Shown here in pieces: positions 26,946 through 36,243 of a DNA stretch of 64,000 nucleotides. Under the pieces are notes generated by a model. That model was not told the origin of the DNA, did no database searches, and saw nothing but the letters and a program-made list of their open reading frames with translations. This stretch comes from an uncultured Acidobacteriaceae bacterium. Lineage in GTDB: Bacteria; Acidobacteriota; Terriglobia; Terriglobales; Acidobacteriaceae. Numbering within the stretch: position 1 is the stretch's first letter; every line of letters begins with the position of its first letter. The stretch is taken from assembly GCA_963719615.1 (NCBI GenBank), contig CAVRCR010000009.1, positions 10,963 through 74,962 of the forward strand, in the 5' to 3' direction. Position numbers and translations under genes: made by a program.

Positions 26946-28262
26946 CTATTCCATCCGGAAAACGAACTTTCCGCCAACGATTGTCGCGACGACCTTACCG
27001 GTAAACTGCCAGCCGTCGAATGGAGTATTGTGCGACAGCGAGCGCGACTTCGCGGCTTCGAAGGTCCAGCGCTTCTTGGGATCGAAGATTGTTACATCGG
27101 CAAAGTTGCCGCGGACGAGCGAACCCCGGCCGCGGAGATCGAAGACCTTCGCGGGCCCCGCTGTGAAGAGTTCGACAATGCGTGGTAGTGGAATTTTTTG
27201 CTCGCGGTGAAGTTTGGTAATCGCCAGTGCCAGAGCCGCTTCCAGGCCAGTGATGCCGAAGGTGGCACGTTCGAATTCGACCTGCTTCTCGTGGGGAGCG
27301 TGGGGGGCGTGGTCGGTGGCGATGGCATCCACGGTCCCGTCGGCGAGCGCGACCAGAATAGCCTCGCGGTCGGTGGCGGAGCGCAGTGGGGGATTCATCT
27401 TAAAGTTGGTGTCGTATTCGCCGACGTTCTCATCGATCAATGTGAAGTGGTGCGGCGTGACCTCGCAGGTGACGCGAGCCTTAGCGCGCTTGCCGCGGCG
27501 CACAGCCTTCAGGGCGTCAGAGGTCGACAGATGCGCTACATGCAGGCGCGACTCGCGAATCTGTTGCGCCAGAGTCACATCGCGGTCCACGATGGCAGCT
27601 TCGGCGGCGGCTGGCATGGCGCGCAGGCCCAAGCGGAAGCTGGTCGGACCCGCATGCATCGAGCAATTCTCGGTCAAGCGTGTATCTTCGGCATGTTGCA
27701 CGACTGGAAAATTCAATTCGGCGCCCAGGCGCAGCGCCATACGCATCACGTTGTCGTCGAGGATGGGCTTGCCGTCGTCGGTGACCGCGATTGCTCCCGC
27801 CCGTTGCAGGGCGGCGAAGTCGGTGAGAGTTCCACCACGGCTTCCGCGCGTGGCGGCGGCGATGGGGAACACGTTGACTACGGCACCGCGCTCAGGATTG
27901 CGCAGCCAACTTACCCATTCTGCCGTATCGACCACGGGCGCGGTGTTGGGCATGGTGCAGACGGCGGTGAAGCCTCCGGCGGCAGCGGCGGCGGTCCCGG
28001 TCGCGATCGTCTCTTTGTAGCCCTGCCCCGGTTCGCGCAGGTGCACATGCAGGTCGATGAAGCCAGGAGCGACGATGAGACCACGGGCGTCAAACTTCTC
28101 GTCGGCGCCGCCGCGAATTTTGTTGGGCAGGGCAACTTCGGCGACTCGTCCGTCGCGCAGCAGAACGTCCATGGGCGCGTTGATCTTTGCGGCCGGATCG
28201 ATCAGGTGGCCGCCTTTGATCAGCAGGCTCGCGTTCTCTCTTTGGTTCTTAGCAGTCGGCAT
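26946..28262 (-). CDS. pyrC: dihydroorotase
   Basis: GFIDLHVHLREPG (metal-binding HxH), GGFTAVCTMPNT, HAEDT, VAHLST, ATDHAPH. Confidence 0.92.
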   Translation of the reverse strand: MPTAKNQRENASLLIKGGHLIDPAAKINAPMDVLLRDGRVAEVALPNKIRGGADEKFDARGLIVAPGFIDLHVHLREPGQGYKETIATGTAAAAAGGFTAVCTMPNTAPVVDTAEWVSWLRNPERGAVVNVFPIAAATRGSRGGTLTDFAALQRAGAIAVTDDGKPILDDNVMRMALRLGAELNFPVVQHAEDTRLTENCSMHAGPTSFRLGLRAMPAAAEAAIVDRDVTLAQQIRESRLHVAHLSTSDALKAVRRGKRAKARVTCEVTPHHFTLIDENVGEYDTNFKMNPPLRSATDREAILVALADGTVDAIATDHAPHAPHEKQVEFERATFGITGLEAALALAITKLHREQKIPLPRIVELFTAGPAKVFDLRGRGSLVRGNFADVTIFDPKKRWTFEAAKSRSLSHNTPFDGWQFTGKVVATIVGGKFVFRME

Positions 28263-28757
28263 TCAGTTTTCGATGTGCTCTGGCCGATCCGGAGAAGGTT
28301 GAACTCTAATCCTGACCTTGCCACCGTCTTGAACGTCGCGTATCTGGCGGTGTAAGTCGCCCATGAACGAGACATACTCGTAGAGATCGGCCACGTACAT
28401 GTTGTCCGGCCTGTTAGTGCTCTCTTTGAAGACAAACGGAATCTTGCCACCCACGCATTGCCCCTTTCCCGGACTGCACCCCTTTTGCTGCGCCTGCTCG
28501 GCAAGTTCCTCCAAAAACCAGTCCCGCCTCTTGCCAGTGTCTTCTGCGGCTTCTCTGAATTCCGCGGTCGAAGCTGCCATCGTGGAGATCGTCCCGCTCG
28601 TCACATCCAGCCTGTGCACATTGCCTGGACCATCTTGTAGGAACAAGTCTCCGAACGCGTTCACCGCTACCAAGCTGAACTCTCCGGGAGCCAGCCACTT
28701 CCATTCGAGCAGTAATTTCTCCCACGAGATTCCGTCGACGTCAAAACAGGGATACAT
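28263..28757 (-). CDS. DUF1851 / T6SS-immunity Tdi1 C-terminal-like protein (tentative)
   Basis: 164 aa. ...LVAVNAFGDLFLQDGPGNVHRLDVTSGTISTMAASTAEF...WFLEELAEQAQQKGCSPGKGQCVGGKIPFVFKESTNRPDNMYVADLYEYVSFMGDLHRQI fits my memory of the DUF1851 pattern (GDlFl..G.V..LD...G....a.s..eF ... qCyg..P..lGG....N....dl..y.sf.g.lh.Q). Its stop TGA abuts the pyrC ATG (TGAATG). Confidence 0.55.
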   Translation of the reverse strand: MYPCFDVDGISWEKLLLEWKWLAPGEFSLVAVNAFGDLFLQDGPGNVHRLDVTSGTISTMAASTAEFREAAEDTGKRRDWFLEELAEQAQQKGCSPGKGQCVGGKIPFVFKESTNRPDNMYVADLYEYVSFMGDLHRQIRDVQDGGKVRIRVQPSPDRPEHIEN

Positions 28758-28836
28758 TATCGATTCCCGTTAGCACATGGTTAAACTTGAAGGCAAAACC
28801 CAGCGCCTCAAGGCGAGTTAATATTGCTGCGCTTAC

Positions 28837-28856
28837 GGAACGCCTGAAGGCGTGCC
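28837..28856. repeat. GGCACG-type REP hairpin
   Basis: GGAACGCC-TGAA-GGCGTGCC followed by CTGATACG. Same class as the hairpins at 45007-45028 and 46631-46651. Confidence 0.6.
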
Positions 28857-28922
28857 CTGATACGAATCTCACTTTCACCACGCACTGGCGGTCGACCCGT
28901 GTTGATCCCTGAAATCCGTGGC

Positions 28923-29912
28923 TCATTTTGCTTTCCCTAACGCTCGCGCCAGAATGGCCATGCGCGTGGGAACACCGTTATGGACCTCGTCCACGATGAC
29001 CGATTGCGGGCCGTCGGCAACTTCCGCCGTGAGTTCAAGGCCACGGATGATCGGACCCGGATGCATCACGATAGCATCGCGTTTGGCCAGTTTCAGGCGC
29101 GCTGTCGTCATCTGGTAGCGCGCAATGTAGTCCTGCAGGCGTATCTTCTGTCCCGCCAGGCGTTCTTTTTGCACGCGCAGCAGCATGATCACATCGGTCC
29201 CGCGCAGCGCGTCTTCGATGTGTCGCGTGATGCGCAGGCCAGGGGCGAGGGTCGCGGCCACATCGGGCACAAATTCCGGCGGTCCACACAAGGTGATCTT
29301 CACTCCGAATTTAGTCAGCAGGTGGCAGGCGCTTCGCGCCACGCGGCTGTGGAAGATGTCGCCAATGATGGCAGCGTTCAGTCCCGTGAAAGACTTCTTG
29401 TGCTTCAAGATGGTGAAGGCGTCGAGCAGCGCCTGCGAGGGGTGCTCGTGCATGCCATCTCCGGCGTTGATCACAGGAATGTCGAGATACCGCGCCATCA
29501 AGTGGGGCGCGCCGGCCGAGGGATGGCGCATGACAATGCAATCGGCGCCAACGGCACGCAAGGTATAGCCGGTATCGAGGACAGACTCGCCTTTTTCGAT
29601 GCTGGAGCCGGAAGACTGGACCAGCGTGGTCATGGCGCCCAGGGACTTGGCGGCGAATTCGAAGGAAGAACGAGTGCGCGTGGAAGCTTCGTAAAACAGA
29701 AGCACAACCCGCTTGCCGCGGAGCAGCGGACGGGCCTTTAGCGGATTCATGCGGCGGGCCAGCTTCAGCAGGCCCAGAATTTCCTTCGCCTCGAGGTGTT
29801 CAATCCCGAGTAGCGAACCGCGGGCAGGCTTGTTCATCGTCACAAGTGCAAACGGTGCATCATACGCGTGGGGCGTGGCCTCCGCAAGAGTCTCCGAAAG
29901 CAGTGTCTTCAA
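28923..29912 (-). CDS. pyrB: aspartate carbamoyltransferase catalytic subunit
   Basis: LLFYEASTRTRSSFE, VMRH, PVINAGDGMHEHPSQALLD, HPGPIIRGLE. Annotated start is a TTG (29912); ATG at 29837 is an alternative. Confidence 0.94.
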   Translation of the reverse strand: MKTLLSETLAEATPHAYDAPFALVTMNKPARGSLLGIEHLEAKEILGLLKLARRMNPLKARPLLRGKRVVLLFYEASTRTRSSFEFAAKSLGAMTTLVQSSGSSIEKGESVLDTGYTLRAVGADCIVMRHPSAGAPHLMARYLDIPVINAGDGMHEHPSQALLDAFTILKHKKSFTGLNAAIIGDIFHSRVARSACHLLTKFGVKITLCGPPEFVPDVAATLAPGLRITRHIEDALRGTDVIMLLRVQKERLAGQKIRLQDYIARYQMTTARLKLAKRDAIVMHPGPIIRGLELTAEVADGPQSVIVDEVHNGVPTRMAILARALGKAK

Positions 29913-29963
29913 AACGGAGTCTCCGACTGCTTGGCCAAGACGCGCTAGACGGCGGTTGGAAAG

Positions 29964-30632
29964 CTAGGGTCTGTCGCGGCGGCCCAAGATGGCTCCGCCT
30001 AATGCGCCGCCGAGCCCCCCGAGAATGATCGAAGCGAGAAATGCAAAAACGAGCCCGGCTACCATTAGGAACTCAATCCCACCCGGGGTTTTGAAACGCT
30101 CGAATACGGATAACACTTGAGGGTCGCTGGTTTTAGAAGCTGCTTCTTCGAGTTTTGTCAGAAGCTCAGCGCGGATTTCCGGCCCTTTGTGGAGAAAGAT
30201 CACAATCAGGACCTCGAGGACGGATGACATCGCGAACCAGAGCAGTCCGGCCAAGGCGCCGAGACCGGCTCCAGCCATGGCCTTGGTGATGATTCCGGGC
30301 CGCCGCTGACGATAAAAGACAACCGCCAAGAATCCGACGCTGAGCATGGCCACGAAGGGATTCAGGCCCAGGTACATCAAGAGCGAAGCGACCAAAGCAG
30401 CCAAAGCGCAGGGCCGAAGCGACTGCGACCATTCCATAGGAAGGGCAAGGACCGGGACAGTTTGCGCTCCAGTAGGAACGGCGGAAGAGTGCGGTGTTTC
30501 GTCAGTGGCAGACACTCTGGGAGTCAGCACTGGCTCGGCGATAATTACGCGAATCTGCGGCGCCGCGCAGTGCGGACAGAAAGGAACGCCTTCGTCTACC
30601 GCTTGCCCGCACTTGTAGCAGGGTTGCTCCAT
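29964..30632 (-). CDS. zinc-ribbon membrane protein (hypothetical)
   Basis: MEQPCYKCGQAVDEGVPFCPHCAAPQ (CxxC..CxxC ribbon) followed by about four hydrophobic helices. Confidence 0.55.
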   Translation of the reverse strand: MEQPCYKCGQAVDEGVPFCPHCAAPQIRVIIAEPVLTPRVSATDETPHSSAVPTGAQTVPVLALPMEWSQSLRPCALAALVASLLMYLGLNPFVAMLSVGFLAVVFYRQRRPGIITKAMAGAGLGALAGLLWFAMSSVLEVLIVIFLHKGPEIRAELLTKLEEAASKTSDPQVLSVFERFKTPGGIEFLMVAGLVFAFLASIILGGLGGALGGAILGRRDRP

Positions 30633-30787
30633 CGGGACCCGAGGGTGTCTTGAAAGTACAGCAGTGCCCGCGAGGGAGGCAAGAAGGCGGTCGGCGTCGG
30701 TTGGCAGATTGCCGATGTTCGATTGAACAGCGATCCCTTATCTTAGAGTGGGTGTTCGAGTGGTTGGGGCAGGCTTAACTTTGTGTT

Positions 30788-30885
30788 GTCATCCTGCGGC
30801 GGGCGCTTTTGCCCGCCGAAGGACCTGTGCAACTGGCGGGTAGTACGGAGGTCCTTCGGCGCAAAGAACGGCGCCTCAGGATGAC
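30788..30885. repeat. 98-nt palindromic (MITE/BIME-like) element with GTCATCCTG...CAGGATGAC termini
   Basis: GTCATCCTGCGGCGGGCGCTTTTGCCCGCCGAAGGACC...GGTCCTTCGGCGCAAAGAACGGCGCCTCAGGATGAC. The two halves are near-perfect reverse complements. CAGGATGAC boxes recur at about 21389-21397, 41266-41274, 58197-58205 (inverted) and, as CGGGATGAC, at 10153-10161. Confidence 0.8.
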
Positions 30886-30951
30886 GAGATTTTGCCATGG
30901 GAGAACTCCGTACGTGCCCTTCAACACAGATACACTCACTGCGAGACCTCT

Positions 30952-31524
30952 CTAGATTTCCCCGCGCTTGCCTCGAGTGTGGACGTACACGAGGGCGAAG
31001 GTTGATCCCTTGCCGCCTTCGTGCGGCTCAACGGCCACGATGTGCTGATTGTCTTCGGTGCCAACCTTCAGTTCCGTCACTGGCCCGGAGTTGTCGTCGC
31101 ATTTCAGCTCTTTGCTCTTCTTGGCGTCCTTGTCATCGTCGTTGTCTATCTCGACATCGCCGCCATGTTTCTGGGTATGGCACTCGAGGACCTTGCCGTA
31201 CTTCTTCAGTTTGTCACGGTAGAAGTCGGTGATTTTGGCCGGAGCGTCGTCGGACTGGTATTTGGCTACCACCAACTTCAATCCGAAGGCGTCGGTCAGA
31301 AGGCTGAGATTTGCCTGATCGCCCTTCTCGGTGTCGGATTCGAGCCGCGCGCCAGGGTAGAGAGGCAGGCCAGTCTTACGGGCGTCTGCGTCTTTGCCTA
31401 CGTGCAGGTCGCCAACGGAACTCTGGATGTCGAGGTTCTTGTCATGGCTGTCGGAGTCTTGGGCGATGACGGGTAGACTCGCGATTACGGCGAGCACAAG
31501 CGCGGGCGTCAAATGGCGAAGCAT
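30952..31524 (-). CDS. secreted hypothetical protein (paralog A)
   Basis: Signal peptide MLRHLTPALVLAVIASLPVIAQ. Shares GLPLYPGARL, F/YRDKLKKYG, paired Cys and ELKVGTEDNQHIVAVEP..G.GS.F.LVYV.T.GK with the upstream gene. Confidence 0.7.
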   Translation of the reverse strand: MLRHLTPALVLAVIASLPVIAQDSDSHDKNLDIQSSVGDLHVGKDADARKTGLPLYPGARLESDTEKGDQANLSLLTDAFGLKLVVAKYQSDDAPAKITDFYRDKLKKYGKVLECHTQKHGGDVEIDNDDDKDAKKSKELKCDDNSGPVTELKVGTEDNQHIVAVEPHEGGKGSTFALVYVHTRGKRGEI

Positions 31525-31547
31525 GAATCCTCCTCACAAAGCGGCGC

Positions 31548-32141
31548 TTAAATATCTGCGTCCTTCCCGTGCGTGCGGACGTACACGAGGGAAAAACTCG
31601 ATCCATTGCCGGCGGGCTCAACCGCAACGATGTGCTGGTTCTCTTTGGTACCGACTTTTAGTTCGACGTTGTTGCCACTCGTGCTCTCACAGGTCAGCTC
31701 GTGGGATCCGTGATCCAAGCCCTTCATGTCGGTGTTCACATCAAGATGGCTGGTGTGGCACACGAGGATGTTGCCGTATTTCTTGAGTTGATCCTGGTAG
31801 AAGGCTACGACCTTGGCCGGCGAGTCATCGGACTCGTATTCCATGGCGACGACTCTCAGGCCGAAACCGAAACTGGAGATGTTCACGTTCGCGCTCTTGC
31901 TTTCGCCGTTGAAATCTTTCTGCTTGAGTCGGGCACCAGGATAGACGGCTAAGCCAGTGTCAGCCACATCGACGTCTTTGCTGACATGGATTCCCCCGAC
32001 CGGCGTTTGGATGTCTACCTGCTTGTCTTGCCCGTTCTTTTCTTTCTTCACATTGATGCTGCAGGCAGGCAACAGGACAAGCAAAACGAGAACCAGCCCC
32101 AGAGCGGGGCCGCGGAGGGATTGTACCCTAGTGCTGCGCAT
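31548..32141 (-). CDS. lipoprotein, hypothetical (paralog B)
   Basis: Start trimmed to MRSTRV (ATG 32141 after GGGAGG). Lipobox LLVLLPAC. By-eye alignment shows it is clearly homologous to paralog A over its whole length. Its start overlaps the GH3 stop by 14 nt. Confidence 0.7.
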   Translation of the reverse strand: MRSTRVQSLRGPALGLVLVLLVLLPACSINVKKEKNGQDKQVDIQTPVGGIHVSKDVDVADTGLAVYPGARLKQKDFNGESKSANVNISSFGFGLRVVAMEYESDDSPAKVVAFYQDQLKKYGNILVCHTSHLDVNTDMKGLDHGSHELTCESTSGNNVELKVGTKENQHIVAVEPAGNGSSFSLVYVRTHGKDADI

Positions 32142-33996
32142 CGGGAGATCCTCCCTTGGCGACCTGCGCCGGACGCTCAATTCCGGCGCCACGCTGCGCG
32201 ACGTTCGGAATGGTGACGGGCAGATGCCCGCGAATCGGGATCTCCCCGAAGAGCGCTTTGACTGCGCCCATTTCCGAGACCGTCGCATTGGAAAACGTAC
32301 ACATGTAGTTCTCGATCTTGGGGAAATCGCTGGCCAAGTACGGATTTCCCATGGCCACCACCGCGGTTCTATCCGCGGCGTGATCCAGAACCTGCTGCAG
32401 TAGGGAACCGGTCGCATCGGTCATCGCGACGGAGTTACCGACCCTCCCCGCCGTCGGAATTACATAGACCGCTGCGATCACCGTCTTCGCCTCATCGACA
32501 GCCTTCAGGACCTCCTCACTCATCCCGGCAGCGATGCGTGGATCCACGTACAGGACATGCGCGTCCGGAATGCGAGAGCGGAATTCGCGCCCGAAAGCAC
32601 GTCCTGAATCCGAGCGCACGTCGTCCGAGAAGAGAATGGCCACGACGTTATTGTGCGTCTCTTCTTTAGCCATATACGGAAGCAAGGCCCTAATGGTTCC
32701 CTTGGACTTCAGGGGAAGGACCTTGCCATTGTCACGCACCAGCGTGATGGCGGAATCGGCAACTTGCTGGCCGAATGCGAGATGGTCTGGCTTTCCGACC
32801 GAGACCGAGAGCGCATTCAAATCCACCGTGCGGGAGGCATTCAGCCCGAGAGAAGCCTTTATTTTCAGGATCTTGACGACGGAGCGATCAAGGCGCTGGC
32901 GGGAGATTTCCCCGGAACGAGCGGCTTTCAGCATGGCGTCGTAGGACGCCGCCAGGTCGGCGGGAATCAACAGCAGGTCATTCCCCGCCTTGAATGCCTC
33001 TACGGCGGCTCGCCCGACATTGCTGGCGAACAGATGTGTCAGGCCCGCCATATCGAGGGCGTCGGTGACGATGATTCCCTTGAAGCCGAGCTGCTTTTCC
33101 AGCAGATCGGACACCACCGCAGGAGAAATCGTCGCGACATGGTTGGGGTCGGGGTCAAGCGCGGGCACGGTCACGTGCGCCACCATGACCGAATCGACGC
33201 CCGCGGCGATGGCCTGGCGAAAGGGTGGAAGTTCGGTCGAGTCCAAGTGAGCGCGGTCGACGTTCACGCTGGCAACACCCAGGTGCGAATCGGTTGCGGT
33301 GTCGCCGTGTCCGGGGAAATGCTTCACGGTGGTCAGCATGCCGCCCTCGTGCGCCCCTTTGATGTAGGCCGTGACCAAGTCGCCGACTTGCCTGGGATCT
33401 TCTCCGAACGACCGGGTGTTAATGATGGGGTTGGCGGGATTCGAGTTCACATCCGCATCTGGATAGAAATTCCAATGAATTCCGATGGCACGGGCTTCCT
33501 GCGCCGTGATACGACCGGACATTTCGGCGTCTTCGATCTTGCCATCGGCGCCGAACGCCATGGCGTGAGGAAAGTTCGTCGTCCCCATCAGGCGGGTCGA
33601 GACGCCCCGTTCGAAGTCGGCGGCAAACAGCAGCGGCAGCTTGGAGTCGTGCTGCAGGCGATTAAGTAGTTCGGCCGCTTCAAATGGTTCGCTGCGCAGG
33701 AGGAATGGGCCGTCGACGTGCACGGTCATGGCGAAGGAACCGACGTGATACTTCTGCATGGCCTCCCGCCACTGCAGGTATTCCGGGCTCTCCGCGTTGA
33801 GGAAGCTGGCGCGGCACCAGATCATGAAGACCTGGCCTACTTTTTCTTCCAGCGAAAGCTTGCCCAGGGTTTTGTCGGCCCACTTCTCGCCCTCCCGAGT
33901 AAGGTGAATCGGGCCTGGGCGCGGATGCTTTTCTTTGGCGAAAACGGGGAGGGCAAGTGTGAGAAGGAGCAGTATGGCAGAGAAGATTCGTGGCAT
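32128..33996 (-). CDS. glycoside hydrolase family 3 protein (beta-N-acetylhexosaminidase / beta-glucosidase-like), secreted
   Basis: Signal peptide, EKVGQVFM, NFYPDADVNSNP.NPIINTRSFG, KHFPGHGDTATDSHL, GIIVTDALDM. Confidence 0.87.
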   Translation of the reverse strand: MPRIFSAILLLLTLALPVFAKEKHPRPGPIHLTREGEKWADKTLGKLSLEEKVGQVFMIWCRASFLNAESPEYLQWREAMQKYHVGSFAMTVHVDGPFLLRSEPFEAAELLNRLQHDSKLPLLFAADFERGVSTRLMGTTNFPHAMAFGADGKIEDAEMSGRITAQEARAIGIHWNFYPDADVNSNPANPIINTRSFGEDPRQVGDLVTAYIKGAHEGGMLTTVKHFPGHGDTATDSHLGVASVNVDRAHLDSTELPPFRQAIAAGVDSVMVAHVTVPALDPDPNHVATISPAVVSDLLEKQLGFKGIIVTDALDMAGLTHLFASNVGRAAVEAFKAGNDLLLIPADLAASYDAMLKAARSGEISRQRLDRSVVKILKIKASLGLNASRTVDLNALSVSVGKPDHLAFGQQVADSAITLVRDNGKVLPLKSKGTIRALLPYMAKEETHNNVVAILFSDDVRSDSGRAFGREFRSRIPDAHVLYVDPRIAAGMSEEVLKAVDEAKTVIAAVYVIPTAGRVGNSVAMTDATGSLLQQVLDHAADRTAVVAMGNPYLASDFPKIENYMCTFSNATVSEMGAVKALFGEIPIRGHLPVTIPNVAQRGAGIERPAQVAKGGSPDAQH

Positions 33997-34068
33997 GGAG
34001 GAACGATAGCAGAACAGCAGGTGTCGGGTGTTAGGTCTTGGGAATTCAAAACATGGCGCAACCGACGC

Positions 34069-35007
34069 CTAAGGCCGACCATTTTCGGCCAGGTGTTGTA
34101 TGGCCCGCTCCTGGATCTGCGGGTCGTCGCCGAAGCCCTTCAGCCAGGTCATGTCGGGCTCGCGCCGAAACCAGGTCATTTGCCGCTTGGCGTAATTGCG
34201 ATGGGCTTGCTGAGCGGCCTGCACGGCTTGTTCGCGAGTGAGTTCGCCGCGCAATCGCTGAACGGCCTGCTTGTAGCCCAGCGACGCCAGGGGGCGGGCG
34301 GTGGCGCCGTATTTCTGAAGCAGGCGCTCGGTCTCTTCGACCAGTCCAACTTCGAACATGCGTTCGGCGCGCTGGTTGATACGGTCGTAGAGTGAGGAAC
34401 GGTCGGGATCGAGGCCGAGTCGCAAGATGCGAAAGCCCTGCAGCGGGTCGCGGCCTTGCTGCCAGAGTTCCGTCATCTTCTGGCGCGAGGCCAGGCAAAC
34501 CTCGATGGCGCGGATCAGCTTGGGACTGTCGTGGGCGTGGATCTTCTGCGCACTCGCGGGGTCAAGACGCGTCAGAATGCGCAGCAGGTACCCCGGACCG
34601 TGCCTTGCGGCTCGCTCGCGCAGCCGCTCCCGCAATTCCTCGGAGCGCTGCGGGCCAGGAAAAAGGCCCTCGAGCAGGGCGCGCAAGTATAGCCCCGTTC
34701 CGCCGACCACGATGGGCAAATGACGGCGCGCGGCGATTTCGGCGAGCACTTGCCGTGCCCGGCGGGCATATTCACCCGCGGTAACGAAATCCGTGGGCTC
34801 GACGCAATCGAACAAATGATGCGGCGCTTGGGCCCGCTCGGCTGGCGTGGGTTTCGCGGTGCCGATGTCGAACTCACGATACATGGCGACGGAGTCGCAG
34901 TTGACGATCTCGCCGTCGAACTTCTCAGCCAGGGACAGGGACAGCGCCGTTTTTCCGCTAGCGGTGGGCCCGACAATGACTGCCAATAATGGCTCAGGTG
35001 TCCCCAT
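34069..35007 (-). CDS. miaA: tRNA dimethylallyltransferase
   Basis: Start at MGTPEPLLAVIVGPTASGKTALS (P-loop). IVNCDSVAMYREFDIGTAKPT, HHLFD, PIVVGGTGLYLRAL, YAKRQMTWFR. Confidence 0.93.
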   Translation of the reverse strand: MGTPEPLLAVIVGPTASGKTALSLSLAEKFDGEIVNCDSVAMYREFDIGTAKPTPAERAQAPHHLFDCVEPTDFVTAGEYARRARQVLAEIAARRHLPIVVGGTGLYLRALLEGLFPGPQRSEELRERLRERAARHGPGYLLRILTRLDPASAQKIHAHDSPKLIRAIEVCLASRQKMTELWQQGRDPLQGFRILRLGLDPDRSSLYDRINQRAERMFEVGLVEETERLLQKYGATARPLASLGYKQAVQRLRGELTREQAVQAAQQAHRNYAKRQMTWFRREPDMTWLKGFGDDPQIQERAIQHLAENGRP

Positions 35008-35224
35008 TTCGCGAGGCGCGGGGCGCACGTTCAGCGCAGGCTCCAATGAATGGAATGCCAGTAACGAATCAGCGTGAGAAAAAGTAGCAGAAAGGCGATG
35101 AGCAACAGTCCTGTGGTTTCCGAGGCGTAGACCGCGTGACGATGGTGCTGGTGAGAATCGTCGCGCTGGTCGGCAGAGGACACGCAGACATTGTAGCGCT
35201 GTTGCCGCCTGCCGGAGACTCACA

Positions 35225-36151
35225 GTGCTACACTACGGCGTCGTGCATGCCTTACCGCAGAACAACCGCCGAGTCGCGCGCTTTGGAGTCTTTGAACTCG
35301 ATCTCAGCGCCGGCGAACTGCGTAAGAACGGCGTAAAGCTGCGCCTGCAGGGGCAGCCCTTCCAGGTGCTGGCGCTGCTGCTGGAACGCGCGGGAGGGGT
35401 AGTCACCCGGGAAGAATTGCGGCAGAGCCTGTGGCCCTCCGACACTTTCGTCGACTTCGACCATAGCCTGAACACGGCCATCAACAAGGTGCGCGAGGCG
35501 TTAGGGGACTCGGCCTCGAACCCGCGCTATGTCGAGACTTTGGCCAGACGCGGCTATCGGTTTATTGCCCCGGTCCAGAATGATGGACTCGGAGTGTCCC
35601 TGGGCGAAGCCGCCTCAGGTGAGGCCGCCGCGAACGGCTCGGGGGCTTCCCAGGAAAACACGCCAAAGCGCGCGCTATCCCCAAAGCCTTATCCTTCGCT
35701 GGTCAGGTTACATCCCGAACTCGACGTCCCAATCCCCCATCGGGCAATCACTCGCGGACTCTTCGGATTGATACAAGTGATGTACTTATCGTTCTATCTC
35801 GCAGCCCTCTTTCGACTGCATGCAATCCAGGGTGTCGCGGACTCTTTCCTTCCCCCTTGGGGCGCAACGGCCCTGGCTGGCGCGGTTATGGTGACGGCCG
35901 GCGTGGGTATTCCTGTGCGCTGCTACCTGATCTCGGCGGTTGGCTTCGACTACCAGCTCCTGGGCGAGAAATTCAGGCAAATTTTCCCGTTCGTTCTGGC
36001 CCTCGACCAGTTGTGGGCGATAGCCCCGTTCCTGCTGATGCAGAAGATCGGCCTGGGCGCGGCTTTTGCCGCCAGTGCAGCGCTTCTCTACCTGCCATTC
36101 TCGGAGCGCACCTTGATCAGAATGGCGTATGTCCGGTCAGCGCCACGCTAG
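35225..36151 (+). CDS. membrane-anchored OmpR/CadC-type winged-helix transcriptional regulator
   Basis: FGVFELDLSAGELRKNGVKLRLQGQPFQVLALLLERAGGVVTREELRQSLWPSDTFVDFDHSLNTAINKVREALGDS...VETLARRGYRFIAPV (trans_reg_C), followed by a C-terminal multi-TM region. Start codon uncertain. Confidence 0.8.
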   Translation: MLHYGVVHALPQNNRRVARFGVFELDLSAGELRKNGVKLRLQGQPFQVLALLLERAGGVVTREELRQSLWPSDTFVDFDHSLNTAINKVREALGDSASNPRYVETLARRGYRFIAPVQNDGLGVSLGEAASGEAAANGSGASQENTPKRALSPKPYPSLVRLHPELDVPIPHRAITRGLFGLIQVMYLSFYLAALFRLHAIQGVADSFLPPWGATALAGAVMVTAGVGIPVRCYLISAVGFDYQLLGEKFRQIFPFVLALDQLWAIAPFLLMQKIGLGAAFAASAALLYLPFSERTLIRMAYVRSAPR

Positions 36152-36243
36152 TTTGGCCACTTTCGATGGAACCCGCCTCACCATTCGCGCGTACTTCCGT
36201 CTAAGAGGCTGGGCGGGTGTGCGCCCAGTGAGGAGAATTCTCC

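Noticed and set aside
31548-32417. Long N-terminal extensions in track ORFs (31548..32417, 61651..62448, 44287..44961, 21331..22710, 34069..35223, 37038..39188, 54312..56216)
   Set aside because: The extensions overlap neighbouring genes or repeats and are Arg/Pro-rich. Internal starts with SD sequences plus signal peptides or conserved N-termini give the expected protein lengths, so I trimmed the coordinates.
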